A DNA stretch of 64,000 bases from Octopus sinensis (taxonomy: Eukaryota). The notes beneath the pieces are model-generated. The model was not told where the DNA came from, ran no database searches, and was given only the letters and a program-made list of their open reading frames with translations. Of this stretch, positions 37,210 through 50,730 are shown in pieces. The stretch's first letter is position 1. Each line of letters begins with the position of its first letter. The translations under genes and the position numbers were made by a program. The DNA is taken from NCBI RefSeq assembly GCF_006345805.1, contig NC_043002.1, positions 20,956,001-21,020,000 on the forward strand, given 5' to 3'.

Positions 37210-38127
37210 TACGTTGTCGTTCTCCGGTGCGACATCCTTCATTAATTATATTAATTGTATACGCAAAGATGTCTAAAATTAGAGAACCATTACTTTTCAA
37301 ATCACGTATGGGTTTTATGCATTAAAACTTCCCCGCCCCTGGGATATTTAAAATAATGCCCCCATCTCCACCCCAAGTTTCCCTCAAATGATTGAGGCGA
37401 CCTATATGGATATTTATTCCTGAAGTTCTTTTGCTGTAGATTATTTGTTTGCTTTCACTGGAACGTGACAGGACGAGTTAGTTTCACCTAATACCTGGAA
37501 CCCCAAAAGTAGTGTTTGACCAGAACTATAACAGGGGTCATTAGTTTTTGGGGATACTGTCCTCCGTCGTACGTGGATATAGATTTATATATAAATAGGT
37601 CAGAAACAAACAAATGCTGAAACTTCGAAAATTATCACGTTTACTTTAGCAAACAGAGAGATATTTCGTGTCAGCGACAAGAACTGCTTCGTGATTCTTC
37701 GGCCAGCAACGAACAGCAGCCAAATCTTCCTCGGGTCACATCTTAATGTCTTGTTGAAAGGGATGCGGTGGATAGTGTCAGTTTAGATTTATTATTTCTG
37801 TGACAAAAATGAGTGAGGGGCTTTGCGTGCAAAGTTATCTTTAAAGAATTTTCAGACGTGATAAAAGTTTCATTCAACAAATTATTTCCGTTACTCTTTC
37901 CTTTTACTGTTTCAGTCATAGGACTGCGACCATGCTGGGGCACCAGCTTCAAGGGCTTTAGTCAAACAGATTGACATCAGCACTTATGATTTTTAAAGTT
38001 TGGAACTTATCAAAGCGGTTACTTTTGTTGAACTGCTAAGTTTTGGGACGTAAGCAAACCAACACCATTCGTAAAGCCGTGAAGGTGTGACAAAGACATA
38101 CACACGCTCATTTCTATCTATCCATCC

Positions 38128-38217
<90 letters not shown>

Positions 38218-38714
38218 TCACTCGCAAAGCACTGGTCGAGCCAGGGTTATAATAGAAGACACTTGCTCAATGTGTCGCGCAGTGAGACAGAACCCAAAAC
38301 TACGTGGTTGCAAAGCGACCTTCTTAACCACACACCCATTCTGTAGTTGTGTGGTATTTTCGATTCTAGTTATTTAGCCACAGGTTAACCCTGATCAAGC
38401 AGATCCATAAGCAGAAGGCATTCCAGCTATCCTCTTTTTTTTTTCCTTCAGACATATGTTTTCTTTATCAAAGGGAGATTTGATTATTTCTAACTGATCG
38501 ACTTACCTCGTACACGCTCTGATTCAGGGTCATCTTAAAGCATGCTCACTCTGGGCAGTTGCTTCGGGATTTCACAAGTTTAGAAGCCCATTTGGGAGCC
38601 CATACATCTAGATTGTGTATGTAGAGTCCCATTATTGCCTTGTCCAAGGGCCTATAATACTCTGAAGACCGTCTTGCTCTGATTGCCTAAAATAGCAGCC
38701 AAACTGCCTTCAAA

Positions 38715-39111
38715 TCCATATATATAAAGCTGAAATTGTCTGTGTGTGGCAGGTTTGGTAGCCTTCAACTAACACTATCTCCTCCGAGACTCTGCGGCGC
38801 AAGTTGACCAAAATTGAAAGTATGATAGACGAAGGCTTGCGCTTCATTCCATAGAAGATAAAATTCAAAAATTCAAATGGGACCATGTTGAGACCAAAAA
38901 TTATTTACATCAAAAAGGTGCTTTTTTCTATGAAAATCCCTATTTTTTACGATTTTTTGACTGCTGTGTCGCCATTTTTCGGTGTATTTCAACCAGAAAA
39001 ATGTTCACTTAAAGAGAATAACAAGTTACATAATGCAAAATTTTTACTTTCCAAAAATTCCAATTCTAAAGGGTCGAAACAAACCCGAGCAACGCTGGGC
39101 GATACTACTAG
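38715..39111 (+). mobile_element. Short non-autonomous Helitron (397 bp)
   Basis: Starts A|TCCATATATATAAAG, has a subterminal CCCGAGCAACGCTGGG hairpin-like motif, and ends CTAG|T. Inserted between A and T with no TSD. Confidence 0.8.
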
Positions 39112-39169
39112 TTTTATTATAATAGTCTTTATAAAAAAATAAAGGATGTAATTGTATAATGTTGCTCTA

Positions 39170-40479
39170 GATGCAACATTGAGAAGTTGTTAAAATCCTG
39201 CAGAGATTGTGCTCTTGTAGTGAAATCACCACCTATAAGATTTCAACCTTAGCCCAAGACCGATATTCCAGGCTCCAGACTACACAGACTTGGCAGGACC
39301 ATTAAACCGATCACATTAACTAATAGTGATAAACAGCTTTACTAAATGGCTAGAAATGTGTAAATGTAGAAAACCGACATTCAGGGTAACAATAGAATTT
39401 CTACACGATCTTTTTGTTAGGTATGGTGTCCCGGATACCGTAGTCTCCGATAACGGAACACAATTCACGGAAAATGAATATAAAAAATGTTTGCATGATG
39501 TACTCAGTTGAACATATTACTATTCCTCCGTGTCATCCAAGGTCAAACGGGCAAGCGGAAAGGTTCGTGGATACATTTAAAAGAACGTTAAAGAAATCAA
39601 GAAACGAGCTTGTCAATGACGCAGCATTGACACAATTCTTGATGATTTATAGGATAACACCAAACACCTGCGGAACTAATGTTTGCTCGAAAAATAAAGT
39701 CAATTTTTGACAAGCTGTTACCAGTAAGAAAAACAAATAGGGAAAATACTAAATATACGACAAAGCATTTTAATATCGGTGAGAAGGTGTTTTTCAAAAT
39801 ATACAAAAACGGAAGATAAGGTTGGGAAGACAGAGTAGTAACAAAAAGAATAGGCAAAATGACATATATGATAAGAGGCGAAAATGGGAACACAGAAGGT
39901 ATTTAAACCAGCTAAAAAATAGATACATGGAAAAAAGAAAAGAGCTACCCATGGAAGTGTTCTATGACACCTTTGACGTTCCAATGCCACAAGAAATCAA
40001 ACCTAGGCGTAGCAGCACAAAAATTAGGAAACAAACAGAATGGTTGGAAGTGGTGCCTAAACGGAAAAAATATTAAACTTCCCCAGGAGGAAAATATTAA
40101 AAGGGAAATGTGATGAAAGAAAAATAAATAAATAAAAATAATAATATTAACTACCAACGTAGGTCAATCTCAAAGGGGGAGATGTTATGGCGAGAGTCAT
40201 TGACATCCCTGGGGGATTGGTAGAATGGACTAGACGAACTCTAATAAAGAGTAGTGTATTGGTTGAGACGAGAGGTCGGTAGGAGTCGCTGAGAGGGCAT
40301 TTTGGAGTCTTGTGAAGTACATTGTGTGAATGCATTGTTTTTACCTCCACATCGTTAAATTATATATCTGATGTTTGGCAAGGGTATAAAAGTAAGTAAG
40401 GCTCAATCAAGAGGGATCTCAGGCTAAAGAGCAACAACAACAATCTGGTAAGACATTGAACTAAAGTTCTGACTATACA
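39170..40479 (+). mobile_element. Ty3/Gypsy remnant: decayed integrase, PPT and 3' LTR (40183-40479)
   Basis: Integrase motifs LF.RYGVPDTVVSDNGTQF and HPRSNGQAERFVDTFKR. Polypurine tract AAAGGGGGAGA directly precedes TGTTAT...ATACA. TATAAAA lies within the LTR. Confidence 0.88.
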
Positions 40480-42097
40480 TTAGGTTGCAGGTGTGGCTGT
40501 GTGGTTAGAAGTTTTCTTCCCAACCATATGGTTCTGGGTTCAGTCCCACTACATGGCACCTTGGGTAAGTGTCTTCTACTATAGCCTTTGGCTGACCAAG
40601 ACCTTGTGAGTGGATTTGGTAGATGAAAACTGAAAGAAGCCTATCATATAGATATGTATGTGTGTCTGTGTGTGCTTCTGTCTGTGTTTGTCCCCTGCTG
40701 CTGCTTGATAACCGGTGTTGGTGTGCTTACATCCCCGTGACTTAGCAGTTTACTAAAAACTCATATAGGATAATTAACCGGCTTAAAAAGCAAAAGTATT
40801 GAGGTTGATTCATTCAAGTAAAATTCCTCAAGGCAGTGCCCCAGCATGGTTGCAGTCTAAGGACTGAGACAAGTAAAAGGTACAGGGATAGAGAAAATAC
40901 TGATGGTGAATGAGACCCAGTTAGGTTGAAATCAAGATATAACACAATAATTACCCAACACTGGATATACGTGTAAATTTATGTACATTTTAACTTAGAA
41001 CTACCCTATAATTTGGGTTAAATATTCCACATTTCTCCAACAGTTCTTTATTGTCATTTTTAATTTACTCTTTCTTTTAATTTTTTAATTAGATTTCTTT
41101 CTCTTGTTACTGAAAACCAAATCTCTGGAGATATTGGAAGTATTTCAATAAACTCACTATGTGACTTCTTACCCACAGCCCAATGAGATTTTGCAGTGTT
41201 TTGACATTTTCTTACATTTGGGTTTATAAAGGTTTTCTTCCTCTTTTTTTTTTCTATATAAGATTAAGAGCGACTGAATTTTCTTTGTTTGGTTGGTCTT
41301 CAAGAAGAATTTATGTAATTCCTCTGTTTCAGTAATTTTCGTAATTTATGTAATTCCTTCTAATTAATTAGAGGTGGTGGACTCACTATCAAGCTAGTTG
41401 GCAGAAACGTTAGCACGCCGGGCGTAATACGTGGCCGCATTTCGTCTGCCATTACGTTGTGAGTTCAAATTCCGCCGAGGTCGACTTTGCCTTTCATCCT
41501 TTCGGGGTCGATAAATTAAGTACCAGTTACACACTGGAGTCTATGTAATTGACTTAATCCCTTTGTCTGTCCTCTCTATGTTTAGCCCCTTGTGGGCAAT
41601 AAAGAAATATATCAAGCTAGTTATGATGGCTTGAAGAAACCTAAACGAAACGGAATTTAAAAAGTAATGAATTTTGCCATGTTGTGTTTCTTGTATTAGA
41701 TTATATCACACATCAAGGGACACTACATGCTATTGTCTTACACTAAGCTAGACAACACAACAGCCAATACAGTATGCCACATCATACTACATTGTGTCAT
41801 GTGGTACTTGATGACATTACACCACAATATACTTCATAATGTCACACTGCACTATGTCACACAATACTGTAATATACTGGAATTCTTTTATTCTTTTACT
41901 TGTTTCAATCATTTGAATGAGGCCATGCTGGAGCACCACCTTTAGTCAAGCAAATCGACCCCAGGACTTATTCTTTGTTAGCCTAGTACTTATTCTATCT
42001 GTCACTTTTGCCGAACTGCTAAGTTACGGGGACGTAAACATACCAGCATCGGTTGTCAAGTGATGTTGGGGGTACAAACACATACACACAAACATAT

Positions 42098-42130
<33 letters not shown>

Positions 42131-42132
<2 letters not shown>

Positions 42133-42170
42133 CGGTATATTTGAAATATTAATATTTCAAATATACCGTA
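42131..42170. repeat. Perfect 40-bp palindrome with no loop
   Basis: TACGGTATATTTGAAATATT|AATATTTCAAATATACCGTA. Confidence 0.97.
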
Positions 42171-44799
42171 AATGGTCTTTTTACATACCAAACACTGCTC
42201 GGTTGAATTAATTAATAATTAATTAATTCTACCCTTTTTTATTGACAGTATATATATATATATATATGATGATGATGATATATATATATATACACATATA
42301 TATGACAGACTTTTTTCAGTTTCTATCTACCAAATCCACTCACAAGGCTTTGGTTGGCCCAAGGCTATAGCAGAAGACACTTGCCCAAAGTGCCAAGCAG
42401 TGGGACTGAACCAAGAACCATGTGGTTGGTAAGCAAGCTACTTACCACACAGACACTCCTGCACCTTTGAGTATGTGTCACATGTGAAAGCACATGGCTC
42501 AGTGGTTAGAATGTTGGGCTTTCAGTTGTGAGGTTGTTTGATTCCTGGACTGGACTGTGTGTTGTGTTCTTGAGCAAGACACTTTATTTCATGTTGCTCC
42601 AGCTTACTTAGCTGTAGAAATGAGTTGCGATGTCACTGGTGCCAAGCCGTATTAGCCTTTGTCTTTTTCTCTGGACAAATTGATGGCATGGGGAGCGAGG
42701 ACTGGTATACATGAGCATCTGCTGTTCTTCCACAAACAACCTTGCCTGGGCTTGGAAGGAAACTTTCTGGGTGCAATCCTGGTCATTTGTGGCTGAAGCG
42801 GGTCTACAATATTAGAGTGAATGACATTGCACTGATCATCTGACACCACAATACACCAAATTATGTCATACTTTGGTTGACCATACAGCACTACAATACT
42901 ATCATACTGCACTACATTATTCTGCACTAACACTACAATACTCCATTCTGCATCACACAATACAACAACACCATGGCATACCACACAGTGTCACAATTGC
43001 ATTAACCACACTCCACAATACATACCACATTATGTCACAGTGCACAACACCCAACAATGTCATAATATCCTGCGATATATCATTTTATGTTACACTGCAC
43101 TGAATGCACATCACAAGATAATATACAATGTAGTCACACTGCGCTAGTGGTGGCATGTGACTTAGTGGTTAGGGTTTCGGACTCATGATTGTGGTTTTGA
43201 ATCCTAGATCAAGTAACACATTATGTCCTTGAGCAAGACACTTCATTTCTCATTGCTCCAGTCCACTCAGCTGGTAAAAGTGTGTAATCCTGCAGCAGAC
43301 CAGGATCCCGTCCTCGTGAAAAATATATTTGCCTTAGAAACTGGGAAACCGGCCCTATGAGCTGGTGTGCCTCAAGAAGGTAAATTTATCTTTGCTTTTA
43401 TACTGTGCTACACTGCAACACAACAAAGCACTGCACCATGTCACATTGTGCTTCACAACACTATCCCACAACTCTAAACTACACCATATTGCACAACACT
43501 GCAATATATCTCAAAACACCCCCAAATGACACATACTTGATTACACAACACTACAATATGCTTCATTGTGTCACATGAGCCAGCTGGGAGGCAAGTGTTC
43601 CTTGGCAACTGTACAATGGTTCAACATACAGGACAAACTAAAAATAAAAATTAATAAAAATAGAAATATATATTAATAAAATTATGGGAAAAGCTGGGAT
43701 TGTCATGGCTAGAATGCCAGTTGGATGATAAATTTTTGGTATGCAGAAAATATGGTTTAACATGTGTTTGTCATTTAAGAACAACAGATGTGGAATCAGA
43801 GAATGGCAGCTTTAAACCTACTGCTAAGGTAAGTTTTTTTTTTGGTATTTCCTTAATTTTTTTTTTCCATTTATTTTTTCTTTATAAAGTCTTCAAAACA
43901 AAGAACAATTAAAAAGTATTTAAAACATTTATATGTATCAGGCAATGCTTCATGAAACTATACTACTCTCATATATTAATGCATACCATACATACATACA
44001 TACATACATACATACATACATACATACATACATACATACATACATACATACATGCATATATTTGTACAAACATATATACATTCATACAAACATACATACA
44101 TTCATACAAATGTACATACGTACATTCATACATACATACATACATACATACATTCGTACAAACATACATACATTCGTACAAACATACATTCATACACACA
44201 TACATACGTACATAAATATATACGTACAAACATACATACATGCATACATATACACACATGTGTATACATATGTATGCATGTATATATACATACATATATC
44301 TGTGCATGTATGTGTGTGTGTGTACATATGTATATTATATGTGTATATATACAATACATATTCTTTTATTATTTTATTTGTCTTAGTCATTTGACTGTGG
44401 CCATGCTAGAGCACCACCTTTATTCAAACAAATTGAGCCCATGACTTATTCTATTGGTTTCTTTTGCCAAACCGCTAACTTACAGAAATATAAACACAGC
44501 AACATCGGTTGTCAGGTGACGGTGGGGGGGGACAAATACAGACATACAAGCATATACACACACACACACATACACACGTACACACATACATGCAACAGGC
44601 TTCTTTCAGTTTCTGTCTACCAAATCCACTCAAAAGGCTTTGATCGGCCTGAAGCTATAGTAGAAGACACTTGTCCAAGGTGCAATGCAGTGGGACAGAA
44701 CTTGGAACCATATGGTTGGGAAGCAAACTTCTTACCACACAGCCACACCTGCACCTGTATACAAATATAATATAATTTATATATATATATATATATATA

Positions 44800-45023
44800 G
44801 AAAATAGTAAAAAGTGAAAAAGCTACAGAAGGCTTGTTTTAAAAGGTTAAAAAATATATATTTGAGTCAATATGTCTGAAGAATGTTATAAATTTTTTCT
44901 TACAATGACTATGTCATTGTAAGAAAAAAATTTATAACATTCTTCAGACATATTGACTCAAATATATATTTTTTAACCTTTTAAAACAAGCCTTCTGTAG
45001 TTTTTTCACTTTTTACTATTTTC
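44800..45023. repeat. Near-perfect long palindrome (~110 bp arms, 3-nt loop TAT at 44910-44912)
   Basis: Arms compared by hand: one substitution and one 1-nt indel. Confidence 0.95.
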
Positions 45024-45060
45024 CATATATTCAACCACGTGCTTTCACAAACCAACTTTC

Positions 45061-45148
<88 letters not shown>

Positions 45149-45272
45149 CACACATATATATACATATATATACATACATATATATAATATATATATATAT
45201 ATAAAAGGTGGTGCTCCAGCATGGCCACGGTCGGATGACTGAAACGGGTAAAAGAGAAAGAGTAAAAGAGAA

Positions 45273-45320
<48 letters not shown>

Positions 45321-45455
45321 CACACATATATATATAAATATATAATGATAGTTAGCGAATATAAAAATTCCTAGCCAACAGGGAAAAAAATTCAATTTAG
45401 CACACTAAATAAAAAATTCACAATATATTATATATATATATATATATATATACAG

Positions 45456-46052
45456 AATTTAGAGAAAAACTACTATTTAGTTATTCAATCAATACTGAAA
45501 TGATATTATCTATAATACCCACATAGAAATTAATCAAATATATTATAATTATTAATCTAAAAATCATGAAACAAATCAAACAATAAATCGACTATTCGTG
45601 TTTCATGACTATATATATAAATTGATAATATTAAAAGTTAATATTAATTCAATTTAAAAATATATAGCCACTCTTCAGGTCAAAAAATAATATAACATAA
45701 ATAAAGATATAATTAAATCATAAATATATAAATATATGTATTTTAACAGCAAATAATCCAATAAAATTTAACAATGTTAATGTAAAGCAAAAACATAACT
45801 TATTTTAGTGATGCAAACCAGTTATATTATCTTTTGATCTGAAGAGTGGCTATATATTTTTAAATTGAATTAATATTAACTTTTAATATTATCAATTTAT
45901 ATATATAGTCATGAAACGCACGTAGTCATTTGATTTGGTTTATAATATTTAGATTAATAATTATAATATATTTAATTAATTTCTATGTGGGTATTATAGA
46001 TAATATCGTTTCAGTATTGATTGAATAACTAAATAGCAGTTTGTCTCTAAAT

Positions 46053-46053
<1 letters not shown>
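45456..46053. repeat. Foldback element, ~235 bp inverted arms (45456-45696 / 45821-46053), 124 bp spacer
   Basis: AATTTAGAGA...TATAAC mirrored by GTTATA...TCTCTAAATT; flanked by (TA)n and (CA)n. Confidence 0.92.
45835..45928 (+). ncRNA. Hammerhead motif with a long AT-rich stem II extension (right arm of foldback)
   Basis: TGAT-CTGAAGA(45839)-GTGGCTATATA...TATATAGTCAT-GAAA(45913)-CGCACG-TA-GTCA. A mirror copy lies at 45589-45682(-) with a mutated cleavage triplet. Confidence 0.72.
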
Positions 46054-46133
<80 letters not shown>

Positions 46134-46353
46134 ATTTTTTGTCAAATGAATCGACCCTATTAGTTTTCTTTTAAGCCAGTTACTTATTCTATTGGTCTCT
46201 TCACTGAAACACTAAGTTATGGGAACATAAACACACCAGCATTGGTTGCTGGTTGTCAAGTTGAGGAGAGGGGACAAGACAGACTCAAAGACTCACATTA
46301 TATACACACACACACACACACACATACACATATGTATATATATATATATATTC

Positions 46354-46752
46354 AATATACAAAAATGAAAAGAAAAAATTTACGATTGATATATTTTAAT
46401 GTATTAACATAATATTATAATATAATATAATATAATATAATATAAATACAAATATTATAATCCTACAAGTTGTTGTGATTCAGACCCAATAATGAATTTA
46501 TAAAAAAATCAGGTTTATGGGTAAGAATCTCATCAGAGACAAAAATTACCCATGAGGATTGTTAGATCCTGATGAGATTCTTACCCATAAACATTGAATT
46601 TTATAAATTCATTATTGGGTCTGAATCGAAACAACTTGTAAGATTATAAAATTTGTATTTATATTATATAATATAATAATAATATGATATTATGTTAATA
46701 AATTAGAATATATCAATCATAAATCTCCATTTTCCTTTCATTTTTGTATATT
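46354..46752. repeat. Foldback element, ~185 bp inverted arms, ~30 bp spacer
   Basis: AATATACAAAAATGAAA...CTCATCAG mirrored by CTGATGAG...TTTCATTTTTGTATATT; follows a (TA)n tract. Confidence 0.92.
46563..46645 (+). ncRNA. Hammerhead motif with extended stem II (right arm of foldback)
   Basis: CTGATGA(46569)-GATTC-[42 nt self-pairing insert]-GAATC-GAAA(46628)-CAACTTG-TA-AGATT. The mirror copy in the left arm has GAAA changed to ACAA. Confidence 0.72.
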
Positions 46753-47133
46753 TAATATATACCCATTTGAGGTGTGGAAAAGATTTTCTCAGCCATATTG
46801 GGTATTAAACGGCCAAACCAGGGAAAAATTGGATGTTTCCATCCCTATAAAAGAAACTGTTTTCCTTGTATTGGATTTTAATTTATATATACTTATATAT
46901 TCTTTTTTCAATTCCTTTTACCTGTTTCAGTCATTTGACATATTCTTTGTAAGCCTAGTACTTATTCTATTGGTCTCTTTTGCTGAACGACTATGTTACG
47001 GGGTGGGGGAAGCTTAAACACACCAACATCAGTTGTCAAGTGATGGTGGGAAGACAAACACAGATACAAATACATACATACATACATATGTATACATGTA
47101 TGTATATGTATATATACATACACACACACACAT

Positions 47134-47181
<48 letters not shown>

Positions 47182-47332
47182 ATACTAATAAAGGGCAAAA
47201 TTAATCAATTAATTAATAATCAATAATTTTACCAAGTAGTTCGGCATGTTAAAAGAACCATTATCAGTAAACTTATACATAAAAATTTATAATTATGAGT
47301 ATAATTATAATTAGGGTCCAGCACTACTCATA

Positions 47333-47369
<37 letters not shown>

Positions 47370-47958
47370 ACATATATTAATATATATAGATATGTATCAT
47401 CGTTTAACGGCTGCTTTCCATGCTATATATATATATATATATATAGAAACTGTTTATGGTGGACCTTCATATATCTACCACCACCAACACCACCAAGCAT
47501 TCTTTTGGAGGCTTTGCAATGGCTAGGGGTCCTTCTTCTTCACACTAAATCATACATTATAAAAGAGTGTCATGGAAATATATTTGTGCCTGTTTATCAT
47601 TCTTTATCACCCAGACTGTAAACGGATCTGACTGTTGATGTGAAGTTTCTTTCAGCAATCAAGAAACATGTTTGGTGTAGTATGCTGTGGTGTTGTGTGG
47701 TTGGTTAGGAGGGTGTATGATTTTTGTGTGATGTTGCTGTCTGAGTGTGGTGTGAGTGTTAGGTGAGTGTGGCTGTGCTGTGTGGTGTGGCCAATGATTT
47801 AGCTAAATGCTTGTCGCAAAGATATGATATCTGTGTAATGATTTCAGCATACATTTCCTTATTAAACATCCAGATACACATGCATGCACATAAATAAAAA
47901 CACTTGCACAGATGCACTCACACACATACCTACAGATGTAAGTATACACACTCACACA

Positions 47959-48035
<77 letters not shown>

Positions 48036-48081
48036 ATATATATATATATATATACATATCTATTTATATATATATATATGT

Positions 48082-48124
<43 letters not shown>

Positions 48125-48678
48125 TGTGGCTTAGTGGTTAAGGCATTTGGCTCTTGATCGTAAGGTTGTGAGTTCAATTCCCAGTGACACATTGTTGCCT
48201 TGAACAAGACACTTTATTTCTCATTGCTCCAGTTCACTTGGCTGGCAAAGTTGAGTAGTACCTGTATTTCAAAGGGCCAGCCTTGTCACACTCTGTGTCC
48301 TGCTGAATCTCCCTGAGAATTATGTTAAGGGTACACATGTCTGTAGAGTGCTCAGCCACTTGCTCGTTAATTTCATGAGCAAGGTGTTCCATTGATCTTA
48401 TCAGCTGGAACCCTCATCATTAACTTTTTACTAGTTTCATTTTGTCTCTTTGTTTTCTCTCCGTGTTCCTATGTGGACAATTAAGGTGGTTTTAGAGTCA
48501 GATCATGGCTGCTATTTTCAGCATGGTGGTATCTCATAGATACCCTAATTTATAATTTTAATAATTATTACCTTTGAAGGTTATTTTTTCCAATCATTGT
48601 TTTATCTTTAAATTAACGATCTTATACGTTTATATATATATATATGCATATATATATATATCAATATATATACGTATG

Positions 48679-48712
<34 letters not shown>

Positions 48713-49450
48713 ATATACACATATATGTATATATATATATATATATATGTATATACACACACACAGTACATACACAAACATCCACACACATATAAATATG
48801 CATGCGTGCGTGAATTTATGCATGTATGCATATGTATGTATGCAAACATATGTGTACATATTTATATATATATGGATGAGTGTGTGCTTGTGAAAACACA
48901 GACACACACACATATATATAGATGCCTTATCTGAAATACCACATACATGTAAACACACACACACACACATACACACATGCACGCACATATGTGTACAAAC
49001 ATACACACACACAGACATGCACATGGAGAGGCTAGAAACTAGCTCAATTCTTCAAACTGACTCACTTTAAGTTGTTTGTTTTTCGTCCTATGCTGCCATT
49101 TAAGTCAAGAGGCTCCTTCAACATGTGTCTTTCAGTCTCTCTCTCTCTCTCTCTCTCCTCACATACCTAATTAAGAAAATTTCACCTCTTTCTCACAACT
49201 TCATTATATATTTATATCTTATAAGTAATTCATATTGTAATAACGTGACCAAGGATGTCACTGACCATAGAATTCCAATGGACCAATCGTAAATTCACTA
49301 CAATTCTGATGGTGAGAGGGATAAGGAAATGCCTATTTTGATTTGAAGAATTTTATTCACAGAGCACCTCCCAAATGTTTATATCTTTCATGGTTCTAAC
49401 TCATTGGAAGGCACACAGACACACACACACACACAGACACACACACACAT

Positions 49451-49484
<34 letters not shown>

Positions 49485-49670
49485 TCATATACATTTGCAT
49501 GCAAGCTTGTATATAAATATGCACAAATAAATGTATATAAGTGTATGTGTGTATGATTGTATATGCATACATACATAGGAACATACATACAAATACACAC
49601 ACACACGCATGTATATACATTCATACACACACACACATACAAACATTAAGACATGCATATATACATGCAG

Positions 49671-49707
<37 letters not shown>

Positions 49708-50127
49708 TTAACGTCTGCTTTCCATGCTAGCATGGGTTGGACGATTTGACTGAGGACCGACAAACCGGTTGGCTGCACCAGGCTCCAATCTGATCTGGCA
49801 GAGTTTCTACAGCTGGATGCCCTTCCTAATGCCAACCACTCTGAGAGTGTAGTGGGTGCTTTTGTGTGCCAGTGGCATGAGGGCCAGTCAGGTGGTACTG
49901 GCAACGGACACGCTCAAATGGTATTTTTTACATCCCACCTGCACAGGAGCCAATCTAGTGGCACTGGCAATGACCTCATTCGAATGTTTTTCACATGCCA
50001 CAGGCACAAGTGTCAGTAAGGCGATGCCGGTAACCGTCATGCATGAATGGTGTTTTTTAGTCATTCATACATATACACATTTATGCATGCATACATACAT
50101 ACATACATACATACATACATACATACA

Positions 50128-50159
<32 letters not shown>

Positions 50160-50569
50160 CTAAGTTTTTTTGAATAAAAAGGAAAAGAAACTAACACAGA
50201 TTCTCCAAATCTAATCTATTATTGGCACAGCAAAGATTTCGGTCTCAGATTTCTTATGTGAATAGATACACACGCTTCATTGTGTGCATCGACAGCTCAA
50301 CCAACTCACCAACTTAACCACATATTTACAAACACCAGAAGCTGTCCTAACTCAAAACGTCTTGTTGCTTTGTCAGTGGCTGACCTGAACTCTCTTAAGA
50401 AGAACACAAATAAAACTCAAAAGAAAAATGCATACTAGACATTAGTCCTAAAAGCTTAAGTGACTTGTGTCGACTATTTTGCATTTTTTGGTTCATGTTT
50501 ACACACAGAGCATATACTAACATAAAATCATTCAGATATTGGTGGTTATAATAGCTAATAGAATTAGGT

Positions 50570-50730
50570 ATATTCAAACTGAGACACTCCCCTATCCCTG
50601 GCGATGGATCTGATTGACTTGGAAGGATTGATGTTAATCATGGCCTGGATGTCACCAAGAAATTCAGGAGTTCTTTTCTTATCAGAACGATCAGAATGAG
50701 TTTTCCTATCTGCTGTACCTTCGTAATAAT
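50570..50730 (-). mobile_element. Tc1/mariner-superfamily (maT-like) transposase HTH fragment
   Basis: Hand translation YEGTADRKTHSDRSDKKRTPEFLGDIQAMININPSKSIRSIARDRGVS matches the P..SIR.IA...GVS helix-turn-helix pattern. Confidence 0.55.
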
